Of a stretch of DNA of 64,000 nucleotides, positions 23,508 to 36,494 are shown piece by piece (position 1 is the first letter of the stretch; each line of letters begins with the position of its first letter). This stretch comes from Octopus vulgaris (taxonomy: Eukaryota): assembly GCA_951406725.2 (NCBI GenBank), contig OX597823.1:43896001-43960000 (forward strand), read 5' to 3'. Both the position numbers and the translations under genes were made by a program. Under the pieces are notes generated by a model. The model ran no database searches. It was not told where the DNA came from and saw only the letters and a list, made by a program, of their open reading frames with translations.

Positions 23508-24625
23508 GAAAGGAGATGCTATTATATTATTCTTGTAACTTTTCAAAACAATTGATACAGCTGGTAGAGTAACCATTATCTTTTTCCGTTCATAGACACG
23601 GACGTGAATACTTGAGATGGCAAAAATATAAAGATTTCAGAGATTTATTGTCTGAAGTGATTTGAAAAAAACTAAATTGCTCGTCAAATTGATAAATGAT
23701 ATTTTGACGAATGTAATTTTATATTAGCGACATATTTAGGAACTTTATTAGAAGAAATAACTGGTATTTTGTATTAAGAGAAAAGAGATGGGTATCTCTA
23801 CATAAATGTTGGTTGGTTGGTTCGTTCGTTCGTTCGTTCGTTCGTTCGTTGGGTGGTTGGCTGGTTGGTTGGTTAGTCGTTCGGTCGGTCGCTGGTTGGT
23901 CGGTTATTTGCTTGCTTGCTTGCTTCACATCATAAAAGAAATTGAGAGAGACAGCAAAAGAAGGAAACAGAGAGAGCTGCGGGTGGTAGATTTCTCATAA
24001 CTTTTACAAAAAATAAACAGTTTTTAATGAAATTTTGCAGAAATAGGTTTTTAAAGGAGTAGACTACGTTTGTGTTGAGGAATTTAAGAAAAATAACGTA
24101 TATTTATTGCAAATATACAAATAAGAAATTTGTTTGATTTAATTTTACTTTAAAGTAATAAATATTTTTCTCGTGAAAATTGGTATTTATTTTATTATTT
24201 TCTATATGTACCAAGATATTTGATAAAAATTAAATTATAATAATCGAATGTATGACATGTTTCTTGATATTACCCATGGTGGTAAAAGCATACTTATAAA
24301 GTTACCATGGTGGGTTACTTTATAAGTATGCTTTTACTAAACTCCTAGAGTTTTTCCTAAACTCTAATTCTGTATATTTGATCTTCAGTCAGCTTTCTGA
24401 AGAAATATCCCAAGTAGAATCGAATATGTAAACTAAGATTATAGACCAAAACTAGCGGGAGACTGAGAGTGGCGAACAATTGATTGGATACACCGGCAAG
24501 GCAAGACAGAGTGTAAATGAGAGGAAAATACACTAATTCTTGGATTATGTATCTAATAGGATATCGGAAAAGGGGTCAAGTGGTCAATAAATAAATTTAT
24601 AAATAAATAGATTAATAAATTGATA

Positions 24626-24684
24626 TCCTGTGTGGTCTAATAGTTAGGATACCTGGCTTTCACCCAGTCGGCCAGGTTTCGGCT
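24626..24684 (+). pseudogene. tRNA-Glu(TTC)-derived pseudogene / SINE head
   Basis: TCCTGTGTGGTCTAATAGTTAGGATACCTGGCTTTCACCCAGTCGGCCAGGTTTCG resembles the metazoan tRNA-Glu(TTC) 5' three-quarters; anticodon stem CTGG/CCAG with TTC; acceptor 3' strand missing. Confidence 0.75.
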
Positions 24685-24719
24685 GAGCGAAAACCAAGGA
24701 CCCTACTTTGATACCTGGT

Positions 24720-24880
24720 GCGGGTTTGTTTACGTTCTCGTAACTTAGCAGTTTGGCAAAGGAGAGAGACAGAACAAGTATCAGACTTTAAAATAAATAC
24801 TGGGATCGATTTGTTCGACTAAACCGTTCAAGGTGGTGTCCCAGCATGGCTGCAGTTCAGTGACTGAAGCAAAAAAAAAA
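24720..24880 (+). mobile_element. SINE family A-type 3' half following the tRNA-Glu head
   Basis: TTTACGTTCTCGTAACTTAGCAGTTTGGCAAA...CCAGCATGGCTGCAGTTCAGTGACTGAAGC followed by an A-tract. Confidence 0.75.
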
Positions 24881-24956
24881 ATTTAATTAAATTAATTGAT
24901 ATTTGTTAGAATACAGAAACAGGATTAGTAACCGTGTATTTATTGGAATACACTTC

Positions 24957-25211
24957 AGTGCCTTATTATTTAACACAATCACCGGTAAAGTTCCCGCTCA
25001 TTTACTTATCTATTTTCCCTAAAATTTTCGTTACGGCTAGCAACCTTTTCAGTAGTCGTTGACTATGTCCGTTAGCCGAGCTGCATTCTTTTTCGGTAAC
25101 GGGCAGTCAACGACTATTGAAAAGGTTGCAAGACGCAACGAACATTTTAGGAAAAATAAATAAGTAAATGAATGGAAACTTTATCGGTGAGTGTGTTAAA
25201 TATAGAGCACT
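24957..25211. repeat. Long imperfect palindrome (~120-bp arms, ~13-nt loop)
   Basis: TTTAACACAATCACCGGTAAAGTT...GCAACCTTTTCAGTAGTCGTTGACT vs AGTCAACGACTATTGAAAAGGTTGC...AACTTTATCGGTGAGTGTGTTAAA. Confidence 0.92.
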
Positions 25212-25297
25212 AAAAGAGAATGACTCTCCCCAGACACAAAATATGCTTCAACACAAAACTCACATAAAGAATCTTGCAAACCAAATCCCCAAACGAA

Positions 25298-25340
<43 letters not shown>

Positions 25341-25370
25341 CTTCAAACACTTTATAGATATAGATATATT

Positions 25371-25834
<464 letters not shown>

Positions 25835-26554
25835 CATATAATCTCAGCGACCGAAAGTAGGCCTATATTCATATATTCACCGCAAACTTTTGTTGTTTCC
25901 TCCTGTTCCTCACTGTTCAAACGAAAGAAATTGAATTATGCTACGTGCGTGAATATCAATCTGTGTTTAATCATGTGTTCGTCTGTAAGTATGTGGTGTG
26001 TGTATGTATGTGTGTGTGTGTTTATGTGTATTTATCTCAATCTATGTCGTTAGAGAATCTCTTTCCTATTATACACAAGGCCAGTTTTTTTTAAATATAA
26101 GGTGTATTCGTGCTTGTTTAGATGAAATAACCTAAGACGGAAGGTATTCAACAGTTGCATTTGAAGCTCTAACTTGGAGGTTACGTGCAGTTACAAAGCC
26201 AATTTAATGTTCAGTTTGTCTTTTAATTATTGAAATATTTACTGTAATTAAGTTCTCTGTCAGAAATCAATACTCAATCAAATAGAGAAACACTATTCTA
26301 ACAAGACTAATTTCGTGTATATAATACAGTTTACTCATGTGCGTGTAAGAGTATATTATACATTAGAATTGACACAAGCACGTAAAAGTTATAATAATAA
26401 TATTATGTATATATGCATTTATATATATATAAATGTTCATATGCATATATAATATATATAATGTGTGTGTGTGCGTGTATGTGTGTGTGTGCCTATGCTT
26501 ATCGCATCACCATTGACACAAGCACATAAAACTTATAATATATATATATTTACA

Positions 26555-26780
26555 GATAGATAAGTAGATAGATAGATAGATAGATAGAAAGATAGATAGA
26601 AAGACAGACAGATAGATAGATAAGTACGTACGTACGTACATACATACATACATACATACATACATACATACATACATACATGCATGCATACATACATACA
26701 TACATACATACATACATACATTCATACATGCATGCATACATACATACATACATACATACATACATACATACATACATACA

Positions 26781-26810
<30 letters not shown>
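26555..26810. repeat. (GATA)n/(TACA)n microsatellite
   Basis: Directly visible. Confidence 0.97.
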
Positions 26811-26813
<3 letters not shown>

Positions 26814-27563
26814 TGTAAACGTACTATGTAATGGTATGTGCTTAAACAAATTATTGAAAGTTTTTGGTGGGGTGATTTTTTTGTTGCTGTTGTTGCTGTT
26901 ATATTATTTTAATATATTACAGACCAAGAATGTTTGAATAAAAAATAGCAAAACGTCAAAGCAACAAAGAAATTCCAACTGAAATGCAAATCTTGAAACT
27001 TGGCAAAATAATAAAATAAATGAAAATAAAACAAGACTACTGAAGACTATAAAAAGGAATAATCTCAATTTTTTTGTTTTAATTTTCCAATTTATATATT
27101 TTATATTTTTTCCGAGTAATTTGATAGATATTTTTCTAGTCGGATTCACTGGTAGTCTTGTGTTATTGTATGATTTCACCAGTGGCTCGCAATGTGTGGA
27201 AACAAAGTTACTTAAATGAAATCAAAGTATTGAATATAGAAGGAAGATGGAATCGATTTTCTGGTAAATAACTCTAACAAAAGAACAACTGACTGTTCTC
27301 GTGTCAAAATTTCCTTGTCTAAAAACAGAATATCAATGAATATAGAAGAAGAAAAAAGTGCTTTGAATAGATTAGATTAGTAATACAGAAAAGAAAAGTT
27401 GTAATAATGAAAGATGGCGACCAACCGCTGATATTAATGACGTCATCATTTACGGTTCGTCCTTCACTTGAAAGCTTACAGTTTAGGATGTTACACGCTA
27501 ACCTCAGTAGAAAATTTTATGTTGCACTGGAAATAAAAGCATTTTCTGTATGGGATTTGTGTA

Positions 27564-27625
<62 letters not shown>

Positions 27626-28364
27626 AAACAAAATGTGCGTGTTTGACTGTACGTATTTATTTATGCGTGTGTTTGTGTGTATGTATGAATGTGTATGATA
27701 TTTTCCTTTCTGTAGGAAATAGGAATAATTGAGGAAATGGGGAACTCACCTGTTTATGAAATGAGACTCCTTCCAGGGTTCATAAGATTAATACCACCCT
27801 CGGTCCGATATAATCTACAGCATTTTTGAGAGCGGTATCCCAGCGTGACTACAGTCCAGATACTGAAACTAGTAAAAGAATAAAAGTAAGAGAATATGGT
27901 TGGGTATTTTAAGAAGAATGCATTCAGAAAGAAAATCTCCAGTTTTATCCAGCTTATTTTCCCTTTACATAAAATAGCTGTTTGCTTACATTCAGTGATA
28001 AAACAGCTACGTAACCAAAGTTGTTCTAATTTAGATTCAGATATACCAAAATGAAAGAAACAACACAAAACTTCCCCAAAACGATTTCAAATTAATATTC
28101 AGAAACCTTACGGCATTATTTGTTCCAATGCAAATTTTACTATCTCAGAAAGGAGATGTTTTTAAAATGGCCACCAAAGATAGAGTTAGAATTTAGTTTC
28201 ATGGATTGACCAACTATAAATAATTTCTTCCAATTCATCGAAGATACAAAATGATTCAACAACAGAAACATTTAACTGTTTATTGTTTTAATTTCTTTCT
28301 CCCTTTATGTCTTTCTCTTTACAGTTTTCGTTAGGTATTTTAGTTTTATTGTTCTAAAAGGATT

Positions 28365-29340
28365 ATATCAAGTTGAGTCACATGTTTTTCGCATTTCAAG
28401 CTTAGTTAATAGTTCAAAGAAATTAGATACGAAATGCGTTTATTCATTAAAATATATCCCATCGTATTCTATTGTTTGTTGCCATCGTTGTGCCAGACCC
28501 TCAATTTCTCGGTTATACCATTTGGCTGATTTAGAAGTAAAAAAACTCACTCAAGTTTGCACTTGGTCACAGTAGCAGTGTGTACAAGGGCATTGTCATG
28601 CTGTAGGAGTGACCGTCTTCGATTGGACAATGCCGTGTAGCGGGCTTTCAATGTATCGTATACTCATTGCAGATGTTGAGCATAAAAGCTAGCGTTCACA
28701 ACATAGGCATCTAGGACAAGGTAAAAGTACAACAACCACCCGAAATTCCACCAAACACACAACATGACCTTCGTTTCAAATTGCAGTTATTTGACAACAG
28801 GTTCTGAAGCCTGGCCGGAACAAAGCAACTGATTTCTCTTATTAGGATTACGAAAATAGTTCCATTTTTCATCCCCAGTTACAATACGAAGCCAAAAACG
28901 GACATCTTGAAGATTTGCTAGCTATTGAGTGCAAAGGTTCACTTATCGTTGGGCCTGGTTATTGGCTTGTTCATGAGTCTATTTTCGACAACGCCAAGAC
29001 TTTGGTGCTTTGCGAAGGATGAAGTTCTGCCGACAATGAACGCGGTTTTGTGCTTGGTTGTTGTTCAACAATTTCAAGTAAGGCATTATCTTCCGCAAGA
29101 GAAGGTTTCTCCGACCTTGATTTGTCTCTGAGGCTGGTGCTATCTTCCTTGAAACGTTTGAATTAACTTTGTACCACACGTTTGTTGACAGTTCGTGGGC
29201 CTTCCACATCATTAATTTCTATTTCCAATACTCTTGTACTCAGTCCTTTTTTTCCGCAAATAGCATAAAATGTCTCTAATTGCAATTTTTTTAACTACTC
29301 ATTATGAAAACTATAAAATAAAATATTTGTTACATATGAA
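28365..29340 (-). pseudogene. Decayed mariner-family transposase
   Basis: Minus-strand fragments: VEGPRTVNKRVVQS.FKRFKE; IVTGDEKW; KVMLCVWWN; LLQHDNA; WYNREIEGLAQRWQQTIEYDGIYFNE*. Confidence 0.82.
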
Positions 29341-29412
29341 AAATAAAATATTTGTTACAAGCAAATTAGCTAGTTTAGGAAATCTCTATAAGAGATGAAA
29401 GCAGTACTTATA

Positions 29413-29787
29413 CTGAGAAGTAATGTTTATCGCCATTTAAACATGACTGTTCTGTAAGAACCGACATTACTGCCATTTTAACCACAGGAGAACGCCTCCT
29501 CCAACTAATTATTCGATGCAATCTGCACTTGATATATATTGCAAGCAGGGGAGTGAACTCCTACCATCTAGCCATGAGACTTCCGAGTATAACTACAAAG
29601 AGGTCGAAGGCATGTGGTCTGGTGGTCCTGTGGCTAGAAGATGGTAATATATTCCTTGCAATATATAGCGAGTGCAGATTGCATCGAATAACCAACTGGA
29701 AGATGCATCCGTCTAGGATTAAAATGACAGTAATAGTGGTTCCTACAGAACAGCCATGTTTAAGTGGCGATAAACATTACTTCCTAG
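29413..29787. mobile_element. TA-flanked fold-back MITE; a second, partial copy lies at ~29900-30141
   Basis: GAAGTAATGTTTATCGCCATTTAAACATG... vs ...CATGTTTAAGTGGCGATAAACATTACTTC; the GTGCAGATTGCATCGAATAAC block is repeated at ~29671 and ~30030. Confidence 0.82.
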
Positions 29788-31444
29788 TACAGTTACGACT
29801 TTCATATCTTATAGTGATTTTCTCAACTAGCTAACTTCCTTGTTACAAGATTAGTGTCTGTATGTCACCTGTTTTCAATATATCACGAGCTTGAGTGAAC
29901 TATAGCTATCTCTAGTGGATGAGTATCCATCACAGAGGATGACCACAAAGAGGACGAAACCGTACGGTCTGGTGGTCTCGTGGCTGAATGATGGTAGGGG
30001 TTTACTCCTCTGCTAGCAATATGTAGCGGGTGCAGATTGCATCGAATAACTACCATGAGAAGACGTCCTCCTGAGATTAAAATGACAGTAATGTCGCTTC
30101 CTACGGAACAGCCTAGTTTAAATGACGATAAACGTTACTTCAAAATATTAAGAGTAAAACTAACTATGGATCGTTTTATGCCAAATTGCTGGGATGAACA
30201 GAAGAGAGTGAGAAAAAGACAATGTCCATGAATTTACTATTTTCATTCAAGAACTTCAACTCATACAATAAATATAAGGTAAATAGTTCTTGAAATAACA
30301 GAGGAATATTAATAAACTTTTGTATTAATTATGCAGGATCGGAAAAATTACTTTGAAGTAACAAAAGATTCTCTCTTATTATGGATATCGATGGTTATAA
30401 ATTAGAGTGAATAGTTAGAATAGGAGTTGATTATAGATGATACAGAGATTAGAGAGTCGAGGAAGAAGAGTTGATTGTAACAATAAGAGAAGCATCAAAA
30501 GGTACGAAATAGCATGATTACAATTGATGTGAAGATAGTAGAAAGTGAAAGAATGAATAAAAATTATTTTCCTCAATACAATCGGATGAGTTGAGAAAAA
30601 TTAAGTGCACCATCCTGAGTCTGACAATAATCATCCACGATGGTGAAATGTTTGGTTCCTTCTACAGAATGAAGAACTGCTATAGATTAAAATAGTTTGT
30701 ACTATGAAGATAAAATGGAATCAGATGCGTGCAACTAGAATTAATCTGTATGTATCCGAGCGATTCATACAGTCTAGATAACTGTTTTACTATACTCTGT
30801 TAAGGTTCATTCATATGTTAACAATACAGTTGAGCTGAAGTTCTCTAGTGAATGGAAACATCTGTTCTTCAGAGAAGAATGTATTAGTTCGATATTTCTT
30901 TACGAAAACTTTATTTTTAAGAACGAATAGTCATTCAATTCCATTTCTTTGTGATTATATTTCTACAATAAGAGAAGACATATGCAAGACCAATGATTAA
31001 ATAAAAATAGAGAGATAGAAACACATTATATATTATGATGCAGTTCTGTGCATGACGATGGGTAAGTATAGGAGACTAAGGTGAGATATCGTAAAGACAA
31101 TAACGTCATTTATCGTAGATGGTTCTGACTAAGGGAGTCAAAATGATTGCCAAACATGGAGAGACTACTGGGTTGTAGAGAGCTAATTAATAGCTTGACT
31201 AATAATTATGGATATGTTTGATTTCCGTTATTTTTTCTGCATAAACAAATACTACGATTGATAGATTAAGAATAAGATAACAGAGGATTATGTCCAGCTA
31301 CGACACATTTGTATCCTGTCCAAATTAAAGTAAGTCTCTCGCCTTCTTCACGGCATAAAAGCTAAAACTTGAGTCCGTAACACTGAGTTTTAAGACGCTA
31401 AGCCTATAGCTATGAAGTTTAAGCCAGTCTGGCTTATAACGAAA

Positions 31445-31827
31445 CTAGCAGTATCGCCCGGCGTTGCTCAGGTTTGTAAGGGAAATAACTATAAAGCATT
31501 TTTAGAGAGTTATAGCCAAAAAATAGCAAAAAAATGGAAAAAAATGATGGTAAATTTTTTTGAGAGTAAAAAAAGGTGGAGTTGCGTCCCCTAGACAGTT
31601 TGCTGTTTGTGTTTCTGATTCTCGACCCCATGTCGAATTTATCGATTTTTTTCAGAACTGGGGGAACTTTTCAAAATTTTCGCTGCGTTAGTTTTGAATT
31701 ATGACATTGGGCTATGTGTGTGTCAAGTTTCATCAGAATCGGTTGAAAGCCGTGGTCAGGGTGAGGGTACAAGCAAACAGACACACAGAAACACGCACAG
31801 ACAAACTGCCGTTTATATATAGAGAGA
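31445..31827 (-). mobile_element. Non-autonomous Helitron-type element
   Basis: Minus strand: A|TC 5' end (TCTCTCTATATATAAACGG), TGTC-type microsatellite, TTGATGAAACTT motif, subterminal GC-rich hairpin-like CCTGAGCAACGCCGGG, 3' end CTAG|T. Confidence 0.82.
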
Positions 31828-32159
31828 TATTTAGCAGGTATGAATGTGTTTCTTATTTTCGTCTTCTTTTTCTTTCTTTTTTTTTTTTTTTTTTTTGACA
31901 GTTCTTTCACGAACGGAAAGCGTTTAAGCTCCTGGTGAACTACATCTGCAATACTTGCTCTTAACTCTCTTACTTGTCATAATCTATGTTCTACAAAAGT
32001 AAGAGGCTCCACTGAAACGACACAACCTAGGATTATATTACACGCAGATGAAGTTAACTTTGGGATCGAAACTTGTTGCTAAGACACACTGATATAAGAA
32101 GTTTACTTTCGAGAATTCACCGTTTGGTATGTATGTGTATCCATCTATGTATGATTCAA

Positions 32160-32363
32160 TATGCATGCATGTGCAAGTGTGTTTGTGTCTGCGTGGGTGT
32201 GTGTATGTGTGTTTGCGTGCGTGCATATGTGTGTGTGCGTGTGTGCGTGTATATGTGTGTGTGTGCGTGCGTGTGTGTATGCGTGTGATTGTGTGTGTGT
32301 GATTTTCTGTGTGTTGTTTGTTTGTGTGTGTTTGTGTGTGTGTGTGTTTTGTGTTTGTGTGTG

Positions 32364-32449
<86 letters not shown>

Positions 32450-32450
32450 A
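32160..32450. repeat. (TG)n microsatellite
   Basis: Directly visible. Confidence 0.97.
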
Positions 32451-33424
32451 TCTGTGTCTATACGAGTAGGCTTGCTTGTGTGTGTATTAATACGTATTTG
32501 ATTGAAAATGAATTTTTCAGATTTGAAATTTCATTAGTGGACTGAAAAGTAAATAAATTTTTAAAACTTTAAACATTCTGGCGTGAGATATTTCCGTTTA
32601 CTGTCAATGCTTCAGAGCCCTGATGCGCATGTACATGCGTGTTTTTGTGCGTATATGTGTTTCTGTATATCTTTAGGATAGCGGATTCATTAGAAAAGAT
32701 AAACCTTTCCACTTAAATAGCGATTTCCATGAGTTACGCGTAGCAAAGAGCGAGTGTGTTCTTATAAATCATTTAAACAGGCAGAAGACGAAATACTTTT
32801 TCTTTCCTTTCCCGAAATAACTTATAATACCCATGGCAGAAATTAAGCTGAAAGTGTTATTTAATGGAAGTATAGACATAATATATATTTCGTATATTTT
32901 TTTTTTGTAGGATTGCATAGCAAGATTATTAAATTTTTATTGAAAATATTTTGAAAGGCTGGATTCAAAAAGAATTAAGTAGGAGGGGAAATGATATAAA
33001 TATTTTTGCTGAGGTGGAAACAATAAAAACAGTTTTATTTAATTTTCGAAGATTTCTCCATTTTTTAATTAAATGACTAATGGACTTGCGCCATATAAAA
33101 TGATTCCGATCCACATATTAAAAGTTACTCTTTGCCAAAATGCGTAAAAATGTTTGTGGTGTTTACTGTCTAGAGTTTAGTTACATTGATTCATATACAA
33201 CTGAGATAACTGACAAATTCCCTTGAAAATTTAATACTGATATGAAGTTGAACTCGTAGCTCTCCCCCTTAGTTCTGCTGCTGAAATACAATATATATGA
33301 ACAATAAATATAAACAAATAATTCTAGAAGGACAGAGAATATATATACATATCATGCACACACATTAACACTCACATACACACACACGTATATAAGGGTG
33401 TGTCTATGTGTGTATGTGTATATG

Positions 33425-33494
<70 letters not shown>

Positions 33495-33594
33495 TTAGAT
33501 AAAACTTAGATATGTTTCGACCAGAGATTGGTCCAGGCCATGTCTAACTTAATAGCACCACCTGATAGGATTATTCGAATCCTGTTTAAGTCAA

Positions 33595-33723
33595 GTTTTG
33601 TTCAAGTAGTGAGTTCTTGTTGGGTGGGTTGTATCCAGTTTTGTTCAAGTAGTGAGTTCTTGTTGGGTGGGTTGTATCCAGTTTTGTTCAAGTAGTGAGT
33701 TCTTGTTGGGTGAGTTGTATCCA
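33595..33723. repeat. Three tandem copies of a 43-bp unit at the LINE ORF C-terminus
   Basis: TTCAAGTAGTGAGTTCTTGTTGGGTG starts at 33601, 33644 and 33687. Confidence 0.95.
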
Positions 33724-34036
33724 ATTATGGGTGGCTTATCTGGTATTCTTCGAAGGAATCTATCCAGACTCTGTTTGAAGTTGATGGGATCCTTTTCCTC
33801 TTTGATCTCCCTCGGGACAATGTTAAATAGGGCAGGGCCTGTTGAGGAAAAGAAATTATGTTGCAGTGTACATGTATGTTGTGATCTTGAATTTGGCAGG
33901 GGACGTATTGCCCGTGGTCCAAGTCTTGGATGAACCTTGAAGCTAATGTTTAGGTCGTTTGGGCAAAGTTGGCGGTATATTTTCCACATCGTACAAATGA
34001 TGTACCGCTCACGGCGACGCTGGAGGGAGTAAAGTT

Positions 34037-36070
34037 TCAAGGCTTTAAGGCGATCCCAATAATCGAGTGCAGCCATGCCTTCAATTTGTTTAGTGAGAGC
34101 CCGCTGGGGTGACTCAATTCTGGAGATGTTTTGTCTTGTGTGAGGAGACCACAGTGGGCAGCAGTATTCAAGGTGTGGCCGTACAAAGGAGGAAAAAGTG
34201 GTATGATGACACCTTGTTCTCTGGACCGGAAAGTTCTTAAGATCCAGGAACTCATCCTACGAGCTATATCGACCTTCTTGTTGATGTGTGCACTCCAACT
34301 GAGATCGTCATCAACAATTACACCCAGGTCTCTGATATTGTTAGAGGCTGTGAGCGGTTCCCCTGAAGGAAGAGAGTATGGTTGTTTTAGTGAGGAATTT
34401 CTTCCAAAATGCATCCGCTCAAATTTTCCCTCATTCAGTTGCATTTTGTTTCTGTCTGCCCATTGACTCACAGCATATAGATCAGACTGGAGTTGAGTTC
34501 GGTCTGCTTCTTCATTGACGATTTGCTGGAGCTTAGTGTCATCAGCGAATATTTTCACTTTGCAGTGATGTACGACACTGGAAAGGTCGTTTACGTAAAT
34601 TATGAAGAGTAGCGGACCCAAAACAGTTCCCTGGGGAACACCGCTGGTGACTTTTGCTGGGTTTGAGTGGACTCCATCAACTACAACATGTTGTGTTCTA
34701 TTCGCCAGGAAATACTGAATCCAGTGTAGAACTTCTCCACGGATTCCAACATTTGCCAATTTTGAGAGTAGAATGTTATGGTCTACCCTGTCGAACGCTT
34801 TACTGAAGTCAAGATATATGACGTCAGAGTTCGAACCTGTTCCCAAGGCTTTGAGTACATCTTCAATGTGGTGTAAGAGCTGTGTTAGACAGTCCCTGCC
34901 ACAGCGAAAGCCATGCTGATTTGAATTTAGGAGTTTGTGGGTCTCCAGGAAGTCAGCAATCCTTGATCTTAGCACTCTTTCAAACACTTTAATGATGTGG
35001 GAGGTGAGTGAGATTGGGCGATAGTTGACTGCGAGGGATCTGTTTCCCTGTTTGAAAACCGGGATGACCGACTGGGATAGAAACTGTTTCGGTATATAAC
35101 CTGCGTCTAACGAGTTTCTCCAGAGGTTGGTCAGAGGGACTGCAAGTTGATATCTACATTCCTTCAGGAGACTAGCGGGAAATCTATCAGGGCCTACAGC
35201 AGAGTAATGTTTGACCTCATTTATTGCTGCTACGATGTCGGTGGCAGTGAAGGTTATGTCTGCGATTTTGTGTTGGGAGTCAACTTCGTTCGTTTCCCTC
35301 ACATCAGTATCAGTGGGAACACTGAAGACAGAGCAGTATTGTTTCTGCAGTATTTCTGCCATTTCTTTAGCATCGTGTTGGGGAATGCCATTATCATCAA
35401 TCAATGGCCCAATGGGTGAGACAGTGGTTCTATGCTTATTTGCATAAGAATAGAACACTTTTGGGTTCTGTTTGATGTTTTTGATTACCCATTGTTCCTC
35501 CACAGCTCTTTGATTTTCAATGGAGGTTTTCATGTTAGTCTGCAGATGAAGTTTTTCCAGCTCTAGTCTTTTCATTGTTGTTGAATGTGGATGTTGTGTG
35601 TGGGAATATTTTAATTGGTTGATTTTTTTGTTGAGTCTTTTGATGCGCCTGATGAGTGTTTTTTTCTTTTTAGGGAGCCGGTTTCTGTTTGTGTTAGTAG
35701 ATTTCTTGGGAGCGTGTTTAGAGCATGTGTCGGTGACAATGGTTTCAAAGTGCTGCCACGCGGTCTCAATATGAGGGGAATTGAGAGTAAAAGACCAGTC
35801 GATGGAAGACAGATCCTTTCTGATTGTTCTCCAGTCCGCTTTGTGGAAGTTTATGTTGTCAAATGGGTGCAATGGAGTGGGATTGGCTGGTTTGGTTTTT
35901 ATATGTTGGGAATTAAGATTGCAGAGTACCATGTCGTGGTCTGAGAGGAGAGTTTTTTCGACTGAAATGCTGTGAACGTAGCTAGAGTGATTGGTCAATA
36001 CCAGATCCAAGATCGTTTTATTCTGTCTCGTTGGATCAAGCACTAGCTGAGTCAGGAAATACTCATCCAT
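34037..36070 (-). CDS. LINE ORF2: C-terminal APE endonuclease part plus reverse transcriptase; frameshifts near 34195 into the 33645-34076 frame
   Basis: PTR...LDLVLTN...SDH (APE); GPD.FP; NYRPISLTS; QHGFR; YLDFSKAFDRVDH; GVPQGTVLGPLLF; FADDTKL; RDLGV; continues FVRPHLEYCCPLWSP...YWDRLKALKLYSLQRRR. Confidence 0.95.
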   Translation of the reverse strand: MDEYFLTQLVLDPTRQNKTILDLVLTNHSSYVHSISVEKTLLSDHDMVLCNLNSQHIKTKPANPTPLHPFDNINFHKADWRTIRKDLSSIDWSFTLNSPHIETAWQHFETIVTDTCSKHAPKKSTNTNRNRLPKKKKTLIRRIKRLNKKINQLKYSHTQHPHSTTMKRLELEKLHLQTNMKTSIENQRAVEEQWVIKNIKQNPKVFYSYANKHRTTVSPIGPLIDDNGIPQHDAKEMAEILQKQYCSVFSVPTDTDVRETNEVDSQHKIADITFTATDIVAAINEVKHYSAVGPDRFPASLLKECRYQLAVPLTNLWRNSLDAGYIPKQFLSQSVIPVFKQGNRSLAVNYRPISLTSHIIKVFERVLRSRIADFLETHKLLNSNQHGFRCGRDCLTQLLHHIEDVLKALGTGSNSDVIYLDFSKAFDRVDHNILLSKLANVGIRGEVLHWIQYFLANRTQHVVVDGVHSNPAKVTSGVPQGTVLGPLLFIIYVNDLSSVVHHCKVKIFADDTKLQQIVNEEADRTQLQSDLYAVSQWADRNKMQLNEGKFERMHFGRNSSLKQPYSLPSGEPLTASNNIRDLGVIVDDDLSWSAHINKKVDIARRMSSWILRTFRSREQGVIIPLFPPLYGHTLNTAAHCGLLTQDKTSPELSHPSGLSLNKLKAWLHSIIGIALKP

Positions 36071-36189
36071 CAGATTAAAGAGCAGTTAAACTCTTTCATA
36101 ATTAAAGCGCCCATATAATTCTTAGCGTTACACCTAATCCACAATTTCATTCTAAAAGTAAACGATCACATCATTGAGATGTGTTTAAT

Positions 36190-36322
36190 GTGTGGTGTAT
36201 GTGTGTGAGTATGCGTGTGTGTGTGCGCGCGTGTGTGTGCGTGCGTATGTGTGTGCGTGTGAATGTTTTAATATGTACGCATACATATATGCAGACATAC
36301 GTGCATGCATACATACATGTAC

Positions 36323-36376
<54 letters not shown>

Positions 36377-36441
36377 GCACACATATATATATACATATAT
36401 ACATATGTGTATGCATATACATATATATGTATATGTATATG

Positions 36442-36494
<53 letters not shown>

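Larger units (their letters stand above)
33491..36088 (-). mobile_element. 5'-truncated CR1/L2 (Jockey-group) LINE, young
   Basis: Long RT ORF, 3' UTR stem-loop GACC-AATCTCT-GGTC and tandem tail (ATCTAAGTTTT)2 abutting (TA)n. Confidence 0.93.

Noticed and set aside
27744-27820. Perfect minus-strand donor CAG|GTGAGT suggesting a small exon
   Set aside because: No good acceptor/pyrimidine tract; upstream sequence is a SINE tail
33500-33540. CUG-GACC-N7-GGUC-GAAAC on the minus strand looks hammerhead-like
   Set aside because: Lacks the ANGA part of the core; better explained as the LINE 3' stem-loop
33595-33723. 43-bp repeats as a CRISPR-like array
   Set aside because: Head-to-tail with no spacers, inside a eukaryotic LINE
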